From Microcystis aeruginosa NIES-843 (GTDB lineage Bacteria; Cyanobacteriota; Cyanobacteriia; Cyanobacteriales; Microcystaceae), in contig NC_010296.1 of the NCBI RefSeq assembly GCF_000010625.1, positions 4,500,001 to 4,532,000 of the forward strand: a stretch of DNA of 32,000 bases, in the 5' to 3' direction. Numbering within the stretch: position 1 is the stretch's first letter; every line of letters starts with the position of its first letter. A program made the position numbers and the translations under genes. The notes below the pieces were generated by a model, which was given only the letters and a program-made list of their open reading frames with translations, made no database searches and was not told where the DNA came from. This document shows, one piece after another, positions 1 to 7,900 of the stretch.

Positions 1-653
1 AAACTATCAAAAGGATTTATTTCTTCGGCACTGGGGCTATCGGGGAAATCATCCCAGGGTTCGACGATTTCAGTGGTTCGATCATCCACTACCGTTTGGC
101 GGGCGTTTTGTAATTCTAACAGTTGGCTTTGATAACCCTGTTCTAGTTGTTGAATTTGCGACTGATAGCCCTTTTCTAATTCTAGAATCTGCTCCTGTTG
201 ACTTTGACGCAGGGCTTCCATTTCCCCTTGCTTCCCGTCTATGATCTCTTGTATTTGACTTTGATAGCTTTGGCGCAATTCCTCGATTTTAGCTTCGTAT
301 TCCTCTTGAAGTGGCTGAATTTGGGTTTTATCGGCGACTTCCACGGCTTGAGCGGGAGTTGCGCTGGCTATCTCTTGCAAACGTCCTTGGCTATCTTCTA
401 ATTCTTTTTGCAATTTAGCCACTTCTTCTCTATAGGTGGCTTCGATATTGCGAATCCGCTCTTCGGAGAGAGCGAGTAGTTTTAACTCTCCTTTGGTATC
501 TTCTAACTCCGCTTGGGTGTCACCCCAAGCCGCCTGAATTTTCTCATATTTCTGTAGTGCTTCCCTGATTTTTCCCTCTTGGAGGGCATATAAAGCCCCA
601 CCCCCGATCGCACCTCCACCGACAAAACCGATTAAAATATCGAAGATACTCAT
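1..653 (-). CDS. Coiled-coil protein with glycine-zipper/TM-like N-terminus; C-terminal part runs off the window
   Basis: Absent from the ORF track because it has no stop codon in the window. ATG at 653-651 (minus) follows a strong SD (RC of 661-670 = AGAGGAGGAA). My translation MSIFDILIGFVGGGAIGGGALYALQEGKIREALQKYEKIQAAWGDTQAELEDTKGELKLL... stays open to base 1 and is Q/E/L-rich and heptad-like. Confidence 0.6.
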   Translation of the reverse strand, partial: MSIFDILIGFVGGGAIGGGALYALQEGKIREALQKYEKIQAAWGDTQAELEDTKGELKLLALSEERIRNIEATYREEVAKLQKELEDSQGRLQEIASATPAQAVEVADKTQIQPLQEEYEAKIEELRQSYQSQIQEIIDGKQGEMEALRQSQQEQILELEKGYQSQIQQLEQGYQSQLLELQNARQTVVDDRTTEIVEPWDDFPDSPSAEEINPFDS

Positions 654-958
654 TATGGGATTCCTCCTCTAGGAAAATTTACTTTATAATATGCCCAATC
701 TCAGAGGATAATTCACAAGGGGCAAATGTGGTCAGTGTTTTCCGCCGCTCTCTATGCCGATTGCTTTTGATTGTGGCAGCAATTATCAGAAAAAGAAAGC
801 AAATATTCAGTTTTTTATCGGCAAATGTTCACCCTTAGGGCAGTTATCTCGATGGTGAGGTACAAAGTCTCTGGTTTTAGGGAGTCGGTTGTCGATGTCA
901 AATCCAGTCATACCTCGTCTTTGTGAGAAACGCCGTCGGTAGTGTTCGGCAAGACATT

Positions 959-1900
959 TCACTGAAGCTGTATTTCCCGATAAGCTTGATAAACGCCGCG
1001 CACGTTGTACCAATTGAGAAAAATGCGGGCAATTTCTAGGGCTAATTGCGGTTTACCTCGATCGATCAACCATTGTAACAGAGGGGAGAGGCTGCGTTCA
1101 TTCAGGGTTCCCCCTAGGGAAAGTAAACCCCACAACAGTCGATGAATCCAAGTCATTTGAATCATCATCCGCACTTCCCAGGTGGGATGTTTTTGATAAA
1201 AAAGCACTCCCATTCGTCCTCGTTGAATTTCCTTATCGATGAGATTGGGAATTTGAGCGAGATTAAAGGGGGGATGCCAATGATAACCGACGGCTTCAGG
1301 ACATTTGATTAATTTTAGTCCTAATTGCTTCAATCTCACCCCTAATTCCAAATCTTCCCAACCGTAGAGTTGAAACTGGGTATCAAATAATCCCGCCGCT
1401 AATAACCATTTTTTAGCGATCGCCACGTTGCCCGTGGCAAAATAGGCGGCGGAGAAATCGGTGATTTTATAGGGTTCACTGGTGGGATGCTCGAAGTTAC
1501 AGGTATTAATGACACTGCCGTAGGTAAATAAGCGATCGCTGCTGAGACTTGCTGCCCCGGCGGTTAAAGCGTCGGCGTGGGCTTGCAAAAAATTTTCTGT
1601 CACTACCAGATCGCTATCGATAAAAATAATCGTATCACCACTAGCTTTTTCTACCCCCAGATTCCTAGCGAGCGCCGGTCCGCCGTGATCCTGTTGCCAC
1701 AGTTGCAGATGGGGTAAATTAGCCTTTTGACTTTCTAGCCAAGCGATCGTCGCATCGGTAGAGCCATCATCGACAAGGACTATTTCGTAGTTTTCCACCT
1801 TATTATCGGTTAAACGCTGATTTTCTAGGGCTAGTAAACATTTTTTTAAAATTGCTTGGCGATTGTAGGTAGGGATGACAACACTGATCAGCACGGGCAT
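959..1900 (-). CDS. Family 2 glycosyltransferase
   Basis: 313-aa ORF. The N-terminal VVIPTYNR...VLVDDGSTD...IFIDSDL pattern is typical of the GT-A fold of GT2 enzymes. Confidence 0.85.
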   Translation of the reverse strand: MPVLISVVIPTYNRQAILKKCLLALENQRLTDNKVENYEIVLVDDGSTDATIAWLESQKANLPHLQLWQQDHGGPALARNLGVEKASGDTIIFIDSDLVVTENFLQAHADALTAGAASLSSDRLFTYGSVINTCNFEHPTSEPYKITDFSAAYFATGNVAIAKKWLLAAGLFDTQFQLYGWEDLELGVRLKQLGLKLIKCPEAVGYHWHPPFNLAQIPNLIDKEIQRGRMGVLFYQKHPTWEVRMMIQMTWIHRLLWGLLSLGGTLNERSLSPLLQWLIDRGKPQLALEIARIFLNWYNVRGVYQAYREIQLQ

Positions 1901-1984
1901 TCGGGGGTCAAGATTACCGTTTTAGCTTACCAAATAACCTCGGTTCCTTGATTAGACCTCCTGCAAAAACCAACAATCTTCGTT

Positions 1985-2027
1985 CAGGATTCAGGAGACA
2001 GGATTGAGGAGACAGGATTGAGGAGAC
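1985..2027. repeat. Tandem ~14-nt repeat (AGGAGACAGGATTG, about 3 copies)
   Basis: Direct reading: caggattcaggagacaggattgaggagacaggattgaggagac. Confidence 0.8.
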
Positions 2028-2061
2028 TATTTTTATTTATTCTCCCCATCTCCCCACACAC

Positions 2062-2846
2062 GTTACAGTAGAGCAGGAAGTCGCCTTCCCACCCCCTGCT
2101 TCAAAACCGGACTTACGACTTTCGCCGTATCCGGCTCCTGAGTAACTAGGCTACTGTCATTAGTAGAATAATAATGGGAATTATTATTTCCTTGTCTATT
2201 CAACCCTCTTGGCTGTATCCCCACCAGACAAGATTGTTGGTTTTAGGGCGTATATGACCGTTGATTGTTGCTTAGACTTCCTAGTTACCCGTCCTTTGTC
2301 AGCATATCTTTGATATTACTCAAAGCCTTGGCTTTTAAGGACATCCTCTCCCTCTATTGACTTGCGGATGGTTTCCTACTGCCCCGAACGGGCAGAGTCA
2401 ATCAGGGTTACTTCGTTCCCTATAACCATTGGTTGAACCCTTAGGATGATACTGTCCACAACAGAGTAACGGGAATGCCTTACTGATAGTGGTATGAGCT
2501 ATCAGCCCCAACTCTGTTAACTTTTGTTTCGAGCCTGTCAGCCTTTTGGCTCGTGGGTGTTGACGATGGTTAATTCGTATCTTCGCCCCAGGGCTATCCA
2601 TAGGTTCTGGCTCAACGGGTTTCTGATTTAGGCTATCAGATACCGCTTTTTTTTCCTCGCTCACTACCTCAGATGTACCAAGTCTAAAGCAGCAGGAAAT
2701 GCCGTCACTCTAGGCATCTAGAGGACAGGACTAAGGTTATTACTAACCCGCACCTGTAGGGTTATAAAGTTATCAAGGTACTACATTTACCAAGCGGCTA
2801 ATCCTCTAAACGTCTTACTGTCTAGTTTCTAGCCAACGAATCGCAC
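2062..2846 (-). mobile_element. ORF-less group II intron (no reverse transcriptase/maturase)
   Basis: On the minus strand the 5' end reads GTGCG (2846-2842). A canonical domain V lies at 2137-2104. A domain VI-like helix follows (GGAAG-GCGA-CTTCC inside AGCA/TGCT), with an unpaired A 7 nt before a terminal ..AAC near 2062. The domain IV position is a short AT hairpin. The only ORF inside (88 aa) has no RT motifs. Confidence 0.75.
2104..2137 (-). ncRNA. Group II intron domain V (catalytic hairpin)
   Basis: Minus strand reads GAGCCGGATACGGCGAAAGTCGTAAGTCCGGTTT. It has the AGC triad paired to GUU with a G-U wobble, a 2-nt AA bulge on the 3' strand, a GAAA tetraloop, and is 34 nt long. This matches the conserved DV architecture. 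Confidence 0.85.
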
Positions 2847-3080
2847 CACACCCTACACCCTACACCCCACACCCTACACCCCACACCCTACACCCTACAC
2901 CCCACACACCACACCCTACACCCTACACCCCACACCCCACCACCCCATCTCCCCATTTCCCTATCTCCCCATTTCCCCATTTCCCCATCTCCCCACACCC
3001 CACACCCCACACCCCACACCCCACACCCCACACCCCACACCCCATAACCCACACCCCATCTCCCCATCTCCCCACACCCT
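2847..3080. repeat. C-rich strand of a (GGGGTGT/GGGTGTA/GGGGAGAT)n microsatellite-like array; a short continuation lies at 2036-2061 on the other side of the intron
   Basis: Direct reading: ccacaccctacaccctacaccccacaccc...ccccatctccccatttcccc...ccccacaccccacacc. Confidence 0.9.
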
Positions 3081-3176
3081 ATGTAAGGAACCCCGGAAGG
3101 AGGATTAAGGTCAACTGGGAACATTGATTTTAAAAAATCGGTGATCATGTTATCCTCTGATTGTGTCGTGTGAGGA

Positions 3177-4628
3177 ATGGAATCGGCCATGGTAGCTTCT
3201 CTATCTTATCAAAATGGGCAAAAAGCTCGATCGCATCCCCTGTTATCCTTAGCGGGTTTAATCGAATTACCGCCATCTCCCCTGTTTGGCACGGACGGAA
3301 TTCGCGGCCAAGTGGGAGAATTATTAACTGCCCCCCTAGCGCTACAAATCGGATTTTGGGCGGGACAGGTATTAAAAAATCAGGCTGGTGTCACCAAACC
3401 GATAATTATCGGTCAAGATTCCCGTAATTCCAGTGATATGTTAGCCAATGCTATCACTGCGGGTTTAACTTGGGCGGGAATAGAAGTCTGGCAACTGGGA
3501 TTATGTCCCACTCCCTGCGTCGCCTATTTAACCAGAGAAAGCGAAGCGATGGGTGGGATCATGATTTCTGCCAGTCATAATCCTCCCGAAGATAACGGCA
3601 TTAAATTTTTTGACAGCAGCGGTTTAAAATTATCCGGCACTTTAGCCGGACAGATAGAAGCGGGTTTAAGAGGCAATTTAGAATTAGCGGATAACTCAGT
3701 AAATTGGGGAAAAGCGACTTTTTGTCCCGAATTAATCCAAAAATACTATCAAGCTGTGATTGCTTCCGTCGGGACGGATATTAACCTATCGGGATTAAAA
3801 ATAGTTTTAGATCTAGCTTGGGGGGCAGCCGTTAACCTAGCACCTTTAGTATTCCAAACCGTGGGGGCGGAAGTTATCTGCCTACACGATCGAGCCGACG
3901 GCGATCGCATTAACGTTAATTGTGGTTCTACCCATTTAGAAAGCTTACAGGCGGCGGTGATTAATCAGCAAGCGGATTTAGGGTTTGCCTTCGATGGCGA
4001 TGCCGATCGAGTCCTGGCCGTGGATAGTCAAGGTAGAGTAGTAGATGGCGATTATATCCTCTATTTTTGGGGTCGTTCCCTCTTAGAAGCCGGACAGCTA
4101 CCCGATGGGTTATTAGTAGCAACGGTGATGGCTAATTTAGGTTTTGAACGCGCTTGGCAAAAACTGGGGGGTCAATTCTTGCGGACTGCCGTGGGCGATC
4201 AGCACGTTCAGGCGCAAATGTGGGAAACTGGAGCCATGCTAGGGGGTGAACAATCTGGTCATATCCTCTGCCATCATTACGGGGTTTCTGGGGATGGAAT
4301 GCAAACCGCCCTACATTTAGCGGCTTTAGTGCAGAAATCGGCGGTTTCCTTGGCTAACTTAGTCGATCATAGCTTTGTCACCTATCCGCAGATTTTACGC
4401 AATGTGCGGGTGGAAGATAGAGAAGTGCGACGTAATTGGCAGCAATGTGAACCTTTGCGGCGAGAAATCCGCAAAGCTGAGACAGCTATGGCAGAAAAAG
4501 GCAGAATTTTGGTGCGCGCTTCCGGGACAGAACCCTTAATTCGGGTGATGGTGGAAGCAGAAACCCTAGAATTAGCCAATTTTTGGACAGAAAGGCTAGT
4601 GGCAGCGGTGCGAAGCTATCTTTTGTAG
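3177..4628 (+). CDS. glmM: Phosphoglucosamine mutase
   Basis: 483-aa [12 protein letters not shown] at the N-terminus, active-site [15 protein letters not shown], metal-binding FDGDADR, and GEQSGH sugar loop are hallmarks of the alpha-D-phosphohexomutase family as seen in GlmM. Confidence 0.9.
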
Positions 4629-4639
4629 TCGATCGAGGG

Positions 4640-4900
4640 GGACAGGGATTATAATGCCCTTAGCCTAGCGTAGCAAGGGATAATTGTCACTAACCCCGCC
4701 CTAAAAGCGACGGAGCTTGCCTAGACCAATTTAGGCGACGCAAGTAGAGACTACCGCATCGAGACACAATCTGGCACAGACCTCCGAATACTTCCCTAGT
4801 TCGGATTCCCTCTCGGCTTTATTGGTAAAGCGTTGTTAGACAAGACATCTTGATTGTGTTGCGGAAAGGGACTTTAACTTTACTCTTAAGGATTATCTCC
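4640..4900 (+). ncRNA. Candidate omega-RNA (HEARO-type) of the downstream IsrB; boundaries approximate
   Basis: Non-coding stretch directly 5' of isrB in the same orientation. Nested hairpin at 4716-4744 (CTTGCCTA...TAGGC..GCAAG). Hairpin at 4784-4804 (CCGAA...TTCGG). Perfect 8-nt long-range complement between 4764-4771 (ACACAATC) and 4852-4859 (GATTGTGT). IscB/IsrB omega-RNAs are known to lie in the 5' UTR and overlap the ORF start. Confidence 0.55.
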
Positions 4901-5998
4901 ATGGCAAGAGTTCCTGTTATCTCAAAAGACGGAAAGTCGTTGATGCCCACTAAACCCAGTCGGGCCAGACGGTGGATTAAAGAAGGAAAAGCTATCGGTA
5001 AATTCAACGACTTAGGTATTTTCTATGTCCAGCTAATCGATGAACCTTCCGATAGTAAAACCCAACCGATTGCCATTGGTATTGACCCGGGTCAATTATT
5101 CTCTGGAATTGGCGTTCAATCCTCTCTTTTTACTCTTTGGAAGGCTCACTTAGAACTTCCTTTTAAACGAGTAAAAGAGCGCATGGACAATAGACGGTTA
5201 ATGCGAAGAGGACGTAGAAAAAGACGGATTAACCGCCAACTTTCTTTTAATCTAAGAGCGCATCGACAACAACGATTCTCAAATAGAAAACAAGGAAAAT
5301 TAGCTCCCTCAATCAGAGCTAATCGTCAACTTGAACTTCGCGTCGTTTCCGAACTAACCAAAATCTATCCAATTACTGACATTTACTTTGAGTATGTCAA
5401 AGCCGATGTTGATTTAACTTCCGGTAGAAAAGGAGCTAAGTCTGGAAAAGGTTTCTCGTCGGTTATGGTCGGACAGAAATGGGCAATTGAGCAACTGTCT
5501 CAATTGGCAACAGTCCATACTCGCTTTGGTTGGCAAACCTCTAATCTCAGAAAATATTTGGGACTAGAAAAGTCCAAAAATAAAGCAGAACAATCACCAG
5601 AAAGCCATGCTAACGATGGCATTGCTCTTGCCTGTTTTCAATTTTTAGATTATTGGCCATTCCACAATTATAATGGACATGGATATGATTGGAAGGGTTC
5701 TGTTAAAGTAACAAACGCTCCCTTTGCTGTCATCAAACGTCCTCCTATTAGTCGTCGTCAACTTCACCTGATGGTTTTTTCTAAAGGTGGTAAACGACGT
5801 AAATATGGTGGCTCTACCACAAGACATGGGTTCCGTAAAGGAGATTTAGTTTCTTCTCCCAAAGGAATTGGTTATATTAGTGGAGATACCGAAAAACAGC
5901 TATCTGTAAGCGATACCAATGGTCAACGATTGGGACAGATAGCTGTTAGCAAGATTCAGTTAATTCGTCGTTCTAACGGTTTAATTGTTTCTCGCTAA
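4901..5998 (+). CDS. isrB: IsrB-type OMEGA RNA-guided nickase (IscB homologue lacking the HNH domain; 'RRXRR' protein)
   Basis: Track ORF is 4850-5998; the likely start is ATG 4901 (MARVPVISKDGKSLMPTKPSRARRWIKEGKA = PLMP-type N-terminal domain). RuvC-I is IAIGIDPG. Arg-rich bridge helix is RRLMRRGRRKRRINRQ. RuvC-II is IYFEYVK. RuvC-III is SHANDGIALA. There is no CxxC/HNH insert between RuvC-II and RuvC-III. The C-terminal GFRKGDLV..GYISG region looks SH3-like, consistent with a TAM-interaction domain. Confidence 0.85.
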   Translation: MARVPVISKDGKSLMPTKPSRARRWIKEGKAIGKFNDLGIFYVQLIDEPSDSKTQPIAIGIDPGQLFSGIGVQSSLFTLWKAHLELPFKRVKERMDNRRLMRRGRRKRRINRQLSFNLRAHRQQRFSNRKQGKLAPSIRANRQLELRVVSELTKIYPITDIYFEYVKADVDLTSGRKGAKSGKGFSSVMVGQKWAIEQLSQLATVHTRFGWQTSNLRKYLGLEKSKNKAEQSPESHANDGIALACFQFLDYWPFHNYNGHGYDWKGSVKVTNAPFAVIKRPPISRRQLHLMVFSKGGKRRKYGGSTTRHGFRKGDLVSSPKGIGYISGDTEKQLSVSDTNGQRLGQIAVSKIQLIRRSNGLIVSR

Positions 5999-6005
5999 CT
6001 TATAT

Positions 6006-6040
6006 AAAGCCGCCCTCCGTTATCGCTAAAGGGCGGGTTT
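6006..6040 (+). other. Stem-loop just after the isrB stop (candidate element right end and/or terminator)
   Basis: CCGCCCT (6010-6016) pairs with AGGGCGG (6030-6036), with AAA/TTT extensions and a 13-nt loop. A related hairpin occurs at 16120-16155. Confidence 0.6.
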
Positions 6041-6056
6041 CAGACCCATTTTTTCA

Positions 6057-7784
6057 ATGACCGGACTAAGTATCGATCGCCAGAAAAAAAAGCATAAACA
6101 GGGCCAAACAAAAGCTGATAGTCCCCCGCTTAACATCAAAGAGAAACTTGCCCTCAAAAAAGAAGAAAGGCAAAAGAAACAAAAATTAACGGGGTTAATT
6201 GTTTTTGCCATTTGTGTAGCAATTTTGCTCGGATTCCCCCTCAGCTTATTATTTGATGCCAACATAGGAGCTGCAGTAAGTTTAGCCTTAATTTTAGTAG
6301 TTTTCTCCTTTAGCTATCCTCGCATGGCTCTTTGGGCATTTATTATCTATGTCCCCTTCACTGGCACTATTATCTATTGGTTGGGAGGTAGTCCAATCCT
6401 CCAGCTTAGTAAAGATATCTTTTATCTACCCGCTTTAATCGCCTTAGTTTTAGAATGTCGAAAAAAGCAATTACCGATTATTGTCCCCAAACAATTAGGT
6501 ACAACCCTATTATTAATCTTTGTTTTCTGTGTAGTTTGTCTATTAGCCGTCAATTTACAGAGACAATTTCTGCCTACTTGTGCATCTGTAGAAGGACTGA
6601 GAGTTTTCAGCAACGGCTTTTTGTTTCGGGTTCCCTGTCGGGAAAGTGAGCCTTTTCTGCAAGGAATATTAGGATTTAAAGTTTTGCTGGGTTATGTCCC
6701 CTTGATCTTCTGCACTTATTACTTAATCAAAGACAAACCGACCCTATTATTTTTTGGTCGTCTTTTAGTGACTTTAGCGATTATTTGTTGTGTTCTAGGA
6801 CTAATGCAATACTGGATGCTGAAAACCGGTCGTTGTGTAGGAACTAGAGGCCTTGTATCTGAGGCACTATTCAAAGCCAACTTAGAGGCAAGGTGTTTGA
6901 TTGGTGGGGCGTTAGTGTATAGTCCGGAAGTAAATATGATCCGCCTACCGGGTACCTTTGTTTCTCCCTGGCACTGGGCTTGGTTTTTGGTCTCTAGTGC
7001 CGTAGTTTGTTATGCCAGTGCCTTTAGTGAAATTTCCCAAAAATGGCGACTAGCAGCCCTAGTAGGTTTAACCCTAGTTTTTATTAATGCAGTGGTCTCC
7101 GGGCAAAGATTAGCTTTCTTTGCTGTACCGATGATTATTGGTCTGATGACGATTATTACGGGACAAATCGCTAACTTAAAACGATTTTTGCCGATCATTT
7201 TTGCCTCGGCTTTACTTCTAGCTATCGGTTTTTCTTTCCTTAACCCGGATTTTGTCCAACAACGCTACGATAGTGCCATCAGCCGTTGGCAAAGCAGTCC
7301 CCCCACCGCTTTTCTTCAAGAACAGTTGGATTTTGCTATCCGTAATCAGGGCGGTATTTTAGGTCGTGGACTTGGTGTGGCCACGTCTGCTGCTAGGTTT
7401 TTCGGTGATATTTCCTTTGTGGAAACCTATCATAGTAAAGTTTTATTCGAGTTGGGATACATTGGTTTTGCCTTGTACATGATATTCATGACCCATCTAG
7501 TTTATCTGGCCTTCCGCACCTATCGTTCCCTCAAAGATCCGACTCTGCGAGGTTTTGCCGGTAGTTATTGGGTTTTGCTGCTCTTTGTTGCCTATCTTCC
7601 CTATTGGTATGCCCTCGATACAGATCCTGTGGGCGTTTATTACTGGATATTTGCGGGCGTAATTTTTAGATTACCCGTGATCGAAAAACAGGAAAAAGAA
7701 GCCAAAATTCTGGCGGGGGAAACCGCCACAAAATCCTCCAAAAAGGGCTTAAATTTTAAACGCAAAGGTGTTTCTTTAGCTTGA
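6057..7784 (+). CDS. O-antigen ligase/polymerase-like polytopic membrane protein (Wzy/WaaL-type)
   Basis: 575-aa ORF with a lysine-rich cytosolic N-terminus followed by about ten or more hydrophobic segments. It sits inside a glycosyltransferase cluster. The family call is by architecture and context only. Confidence 0.6.
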   Translation: MTGLSIDRQKKKHKQGQTKADSPPLNIKEKLALKKEERQKKQKLTGLIVFAICVAILLGFPLSLLFDANIGAAVSLALILVVFSFSYPRMALWAFIIYVPFTGTIIYWLGGSPILQLSKDIFYLPALIALVLECRKKQLPIIVPKQLGTTLLLIFVFCVVCLLAVNLQRQFLPTCASVEGLRVFSNGFLFRVPCRESEPFLQGILGFKVLLGYVPLIFCTYYLIKDKPTLLFFGRLLVTLAIICCVLGLMQYWMLKTGRCVGTRGLVSEALFKANLEARCLIGGALVYSPEVNMIRLPGTFVSPWHWAWFLVSSAVVCYASAFSEISQKWRLAALVGLTLVFINAVVSGQRLAFFAVPMIIGLMTIITGQIANLKRFLPIIFASALLLAIGFSFLNPDFVQQRYDSAISRWQSSPPTAFLQEQLDFAIRNQGGILGRGLGVATSAARFFGDISFVETYHSKVLFELGYIGFALYMIFMTHLVYLAFRTYRSLKDPTLRGFAGSYWVLLLFVAYLPYWYALDTDPVGVYYWIFAGVIFRLPVIEKQEKEAKILAGETATKSSKKGLNFKRKGVSLA

Positions 7785-7789
7785 AATAT

Positions 7790-7897
7790 GGGTGTTGGGT
7801 TTTAGGGTGTTGGGGTTTTAGGGTTTTAGTGGAAATTCCCCCATTCCCCCACTCCCCCACTCCCCCACTTCCCCACTCCCCCACTCCCCCATTCCCT
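7790..7897. repeat. Composite simple repeat: a G-rich half (GGGTGTTGGGTTTTAGGG...) followed by a C-rich half (CCCCCACT/CCCCCATT)n
   Basis: Direct reading. Its translation produces the proline-rich pseudo-N-terminus of track ORF 7781-8896. Confidence 0.9.
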
Positions 7898-7900
7898 GCT

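Noticed and set aside
807-1013. 68-aa minus-strand ORF overlapping the 3' end of the GT2 gene
   Set aside because: It overlaps a well-supported gene out of frame, is arginine-rich, and has no recognisable motif or RBS.
2398-2664. 88-aa minus-strand ORF inside the group II intron
   Set aside because: It lies in the domain I-III region rather than domain IV. It has no reverse-transcriptase (YADD) or maturase motifs, and its composition follows the RNA structure. I treat the intron as ORF-less.
2847-3080. Repeat arrays (here and at 7790, 10064, 13047, 17805) considered as CRISPR arrays
   Set aside because: The units are 7-8 nt and contiguous, with no unique spacers, no 25-40-nt repeats, and no cas genes nearby. 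They are microsatellite-type arrays.
2888-3190. 100-aa minus-strand ORF (..GVWGVGCGVWGVGCGVWGDGEMGKWG..)
   Set aside because: It is a translation of the (GGGGTGT)n-type repeat array. It is low-complexity, has no plausible fold, and has no RBS.
3161-3427. 88-aa ORF in an alternative frame at the start of glmM
   Set aside because: It overlaps glmM on the same strand out of frame, and the glmM frame carries all the conserved motifs.
4850-4900. 17-codon N-terminal extension of isrB (MIVLRKGTLTLLLRIIS) and the antisense 62-aa ORF 4819-5007
   Set aside because: The conserved PLMP-type N-terminus begins at ATG 4901. The upstream part overlaps the structured candidate omega-RNA. The antisense ORF has no support.
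4901-5998. Possibility that this protein is IscB, Cas9-like or TnpB
   Set aside because: There is no HNH (no CxxC...H..N..H) and no REC lobe, so it is not IscB or Cas9. The PLMP N-terminus plus the RRxRR bridge helix differ from the TnpB layout, which lacks the PLMP domain and has a zinc-finger-interrupted RuvC.
7790-7830. TTTTAGGG-like units resembling eukaryotic telomere repeats
   Set aside because: The stretch is short and degenerate, and embedded in a bacterial intergenic repeat family. The resemblance follows from G-tract/T-tract composition.
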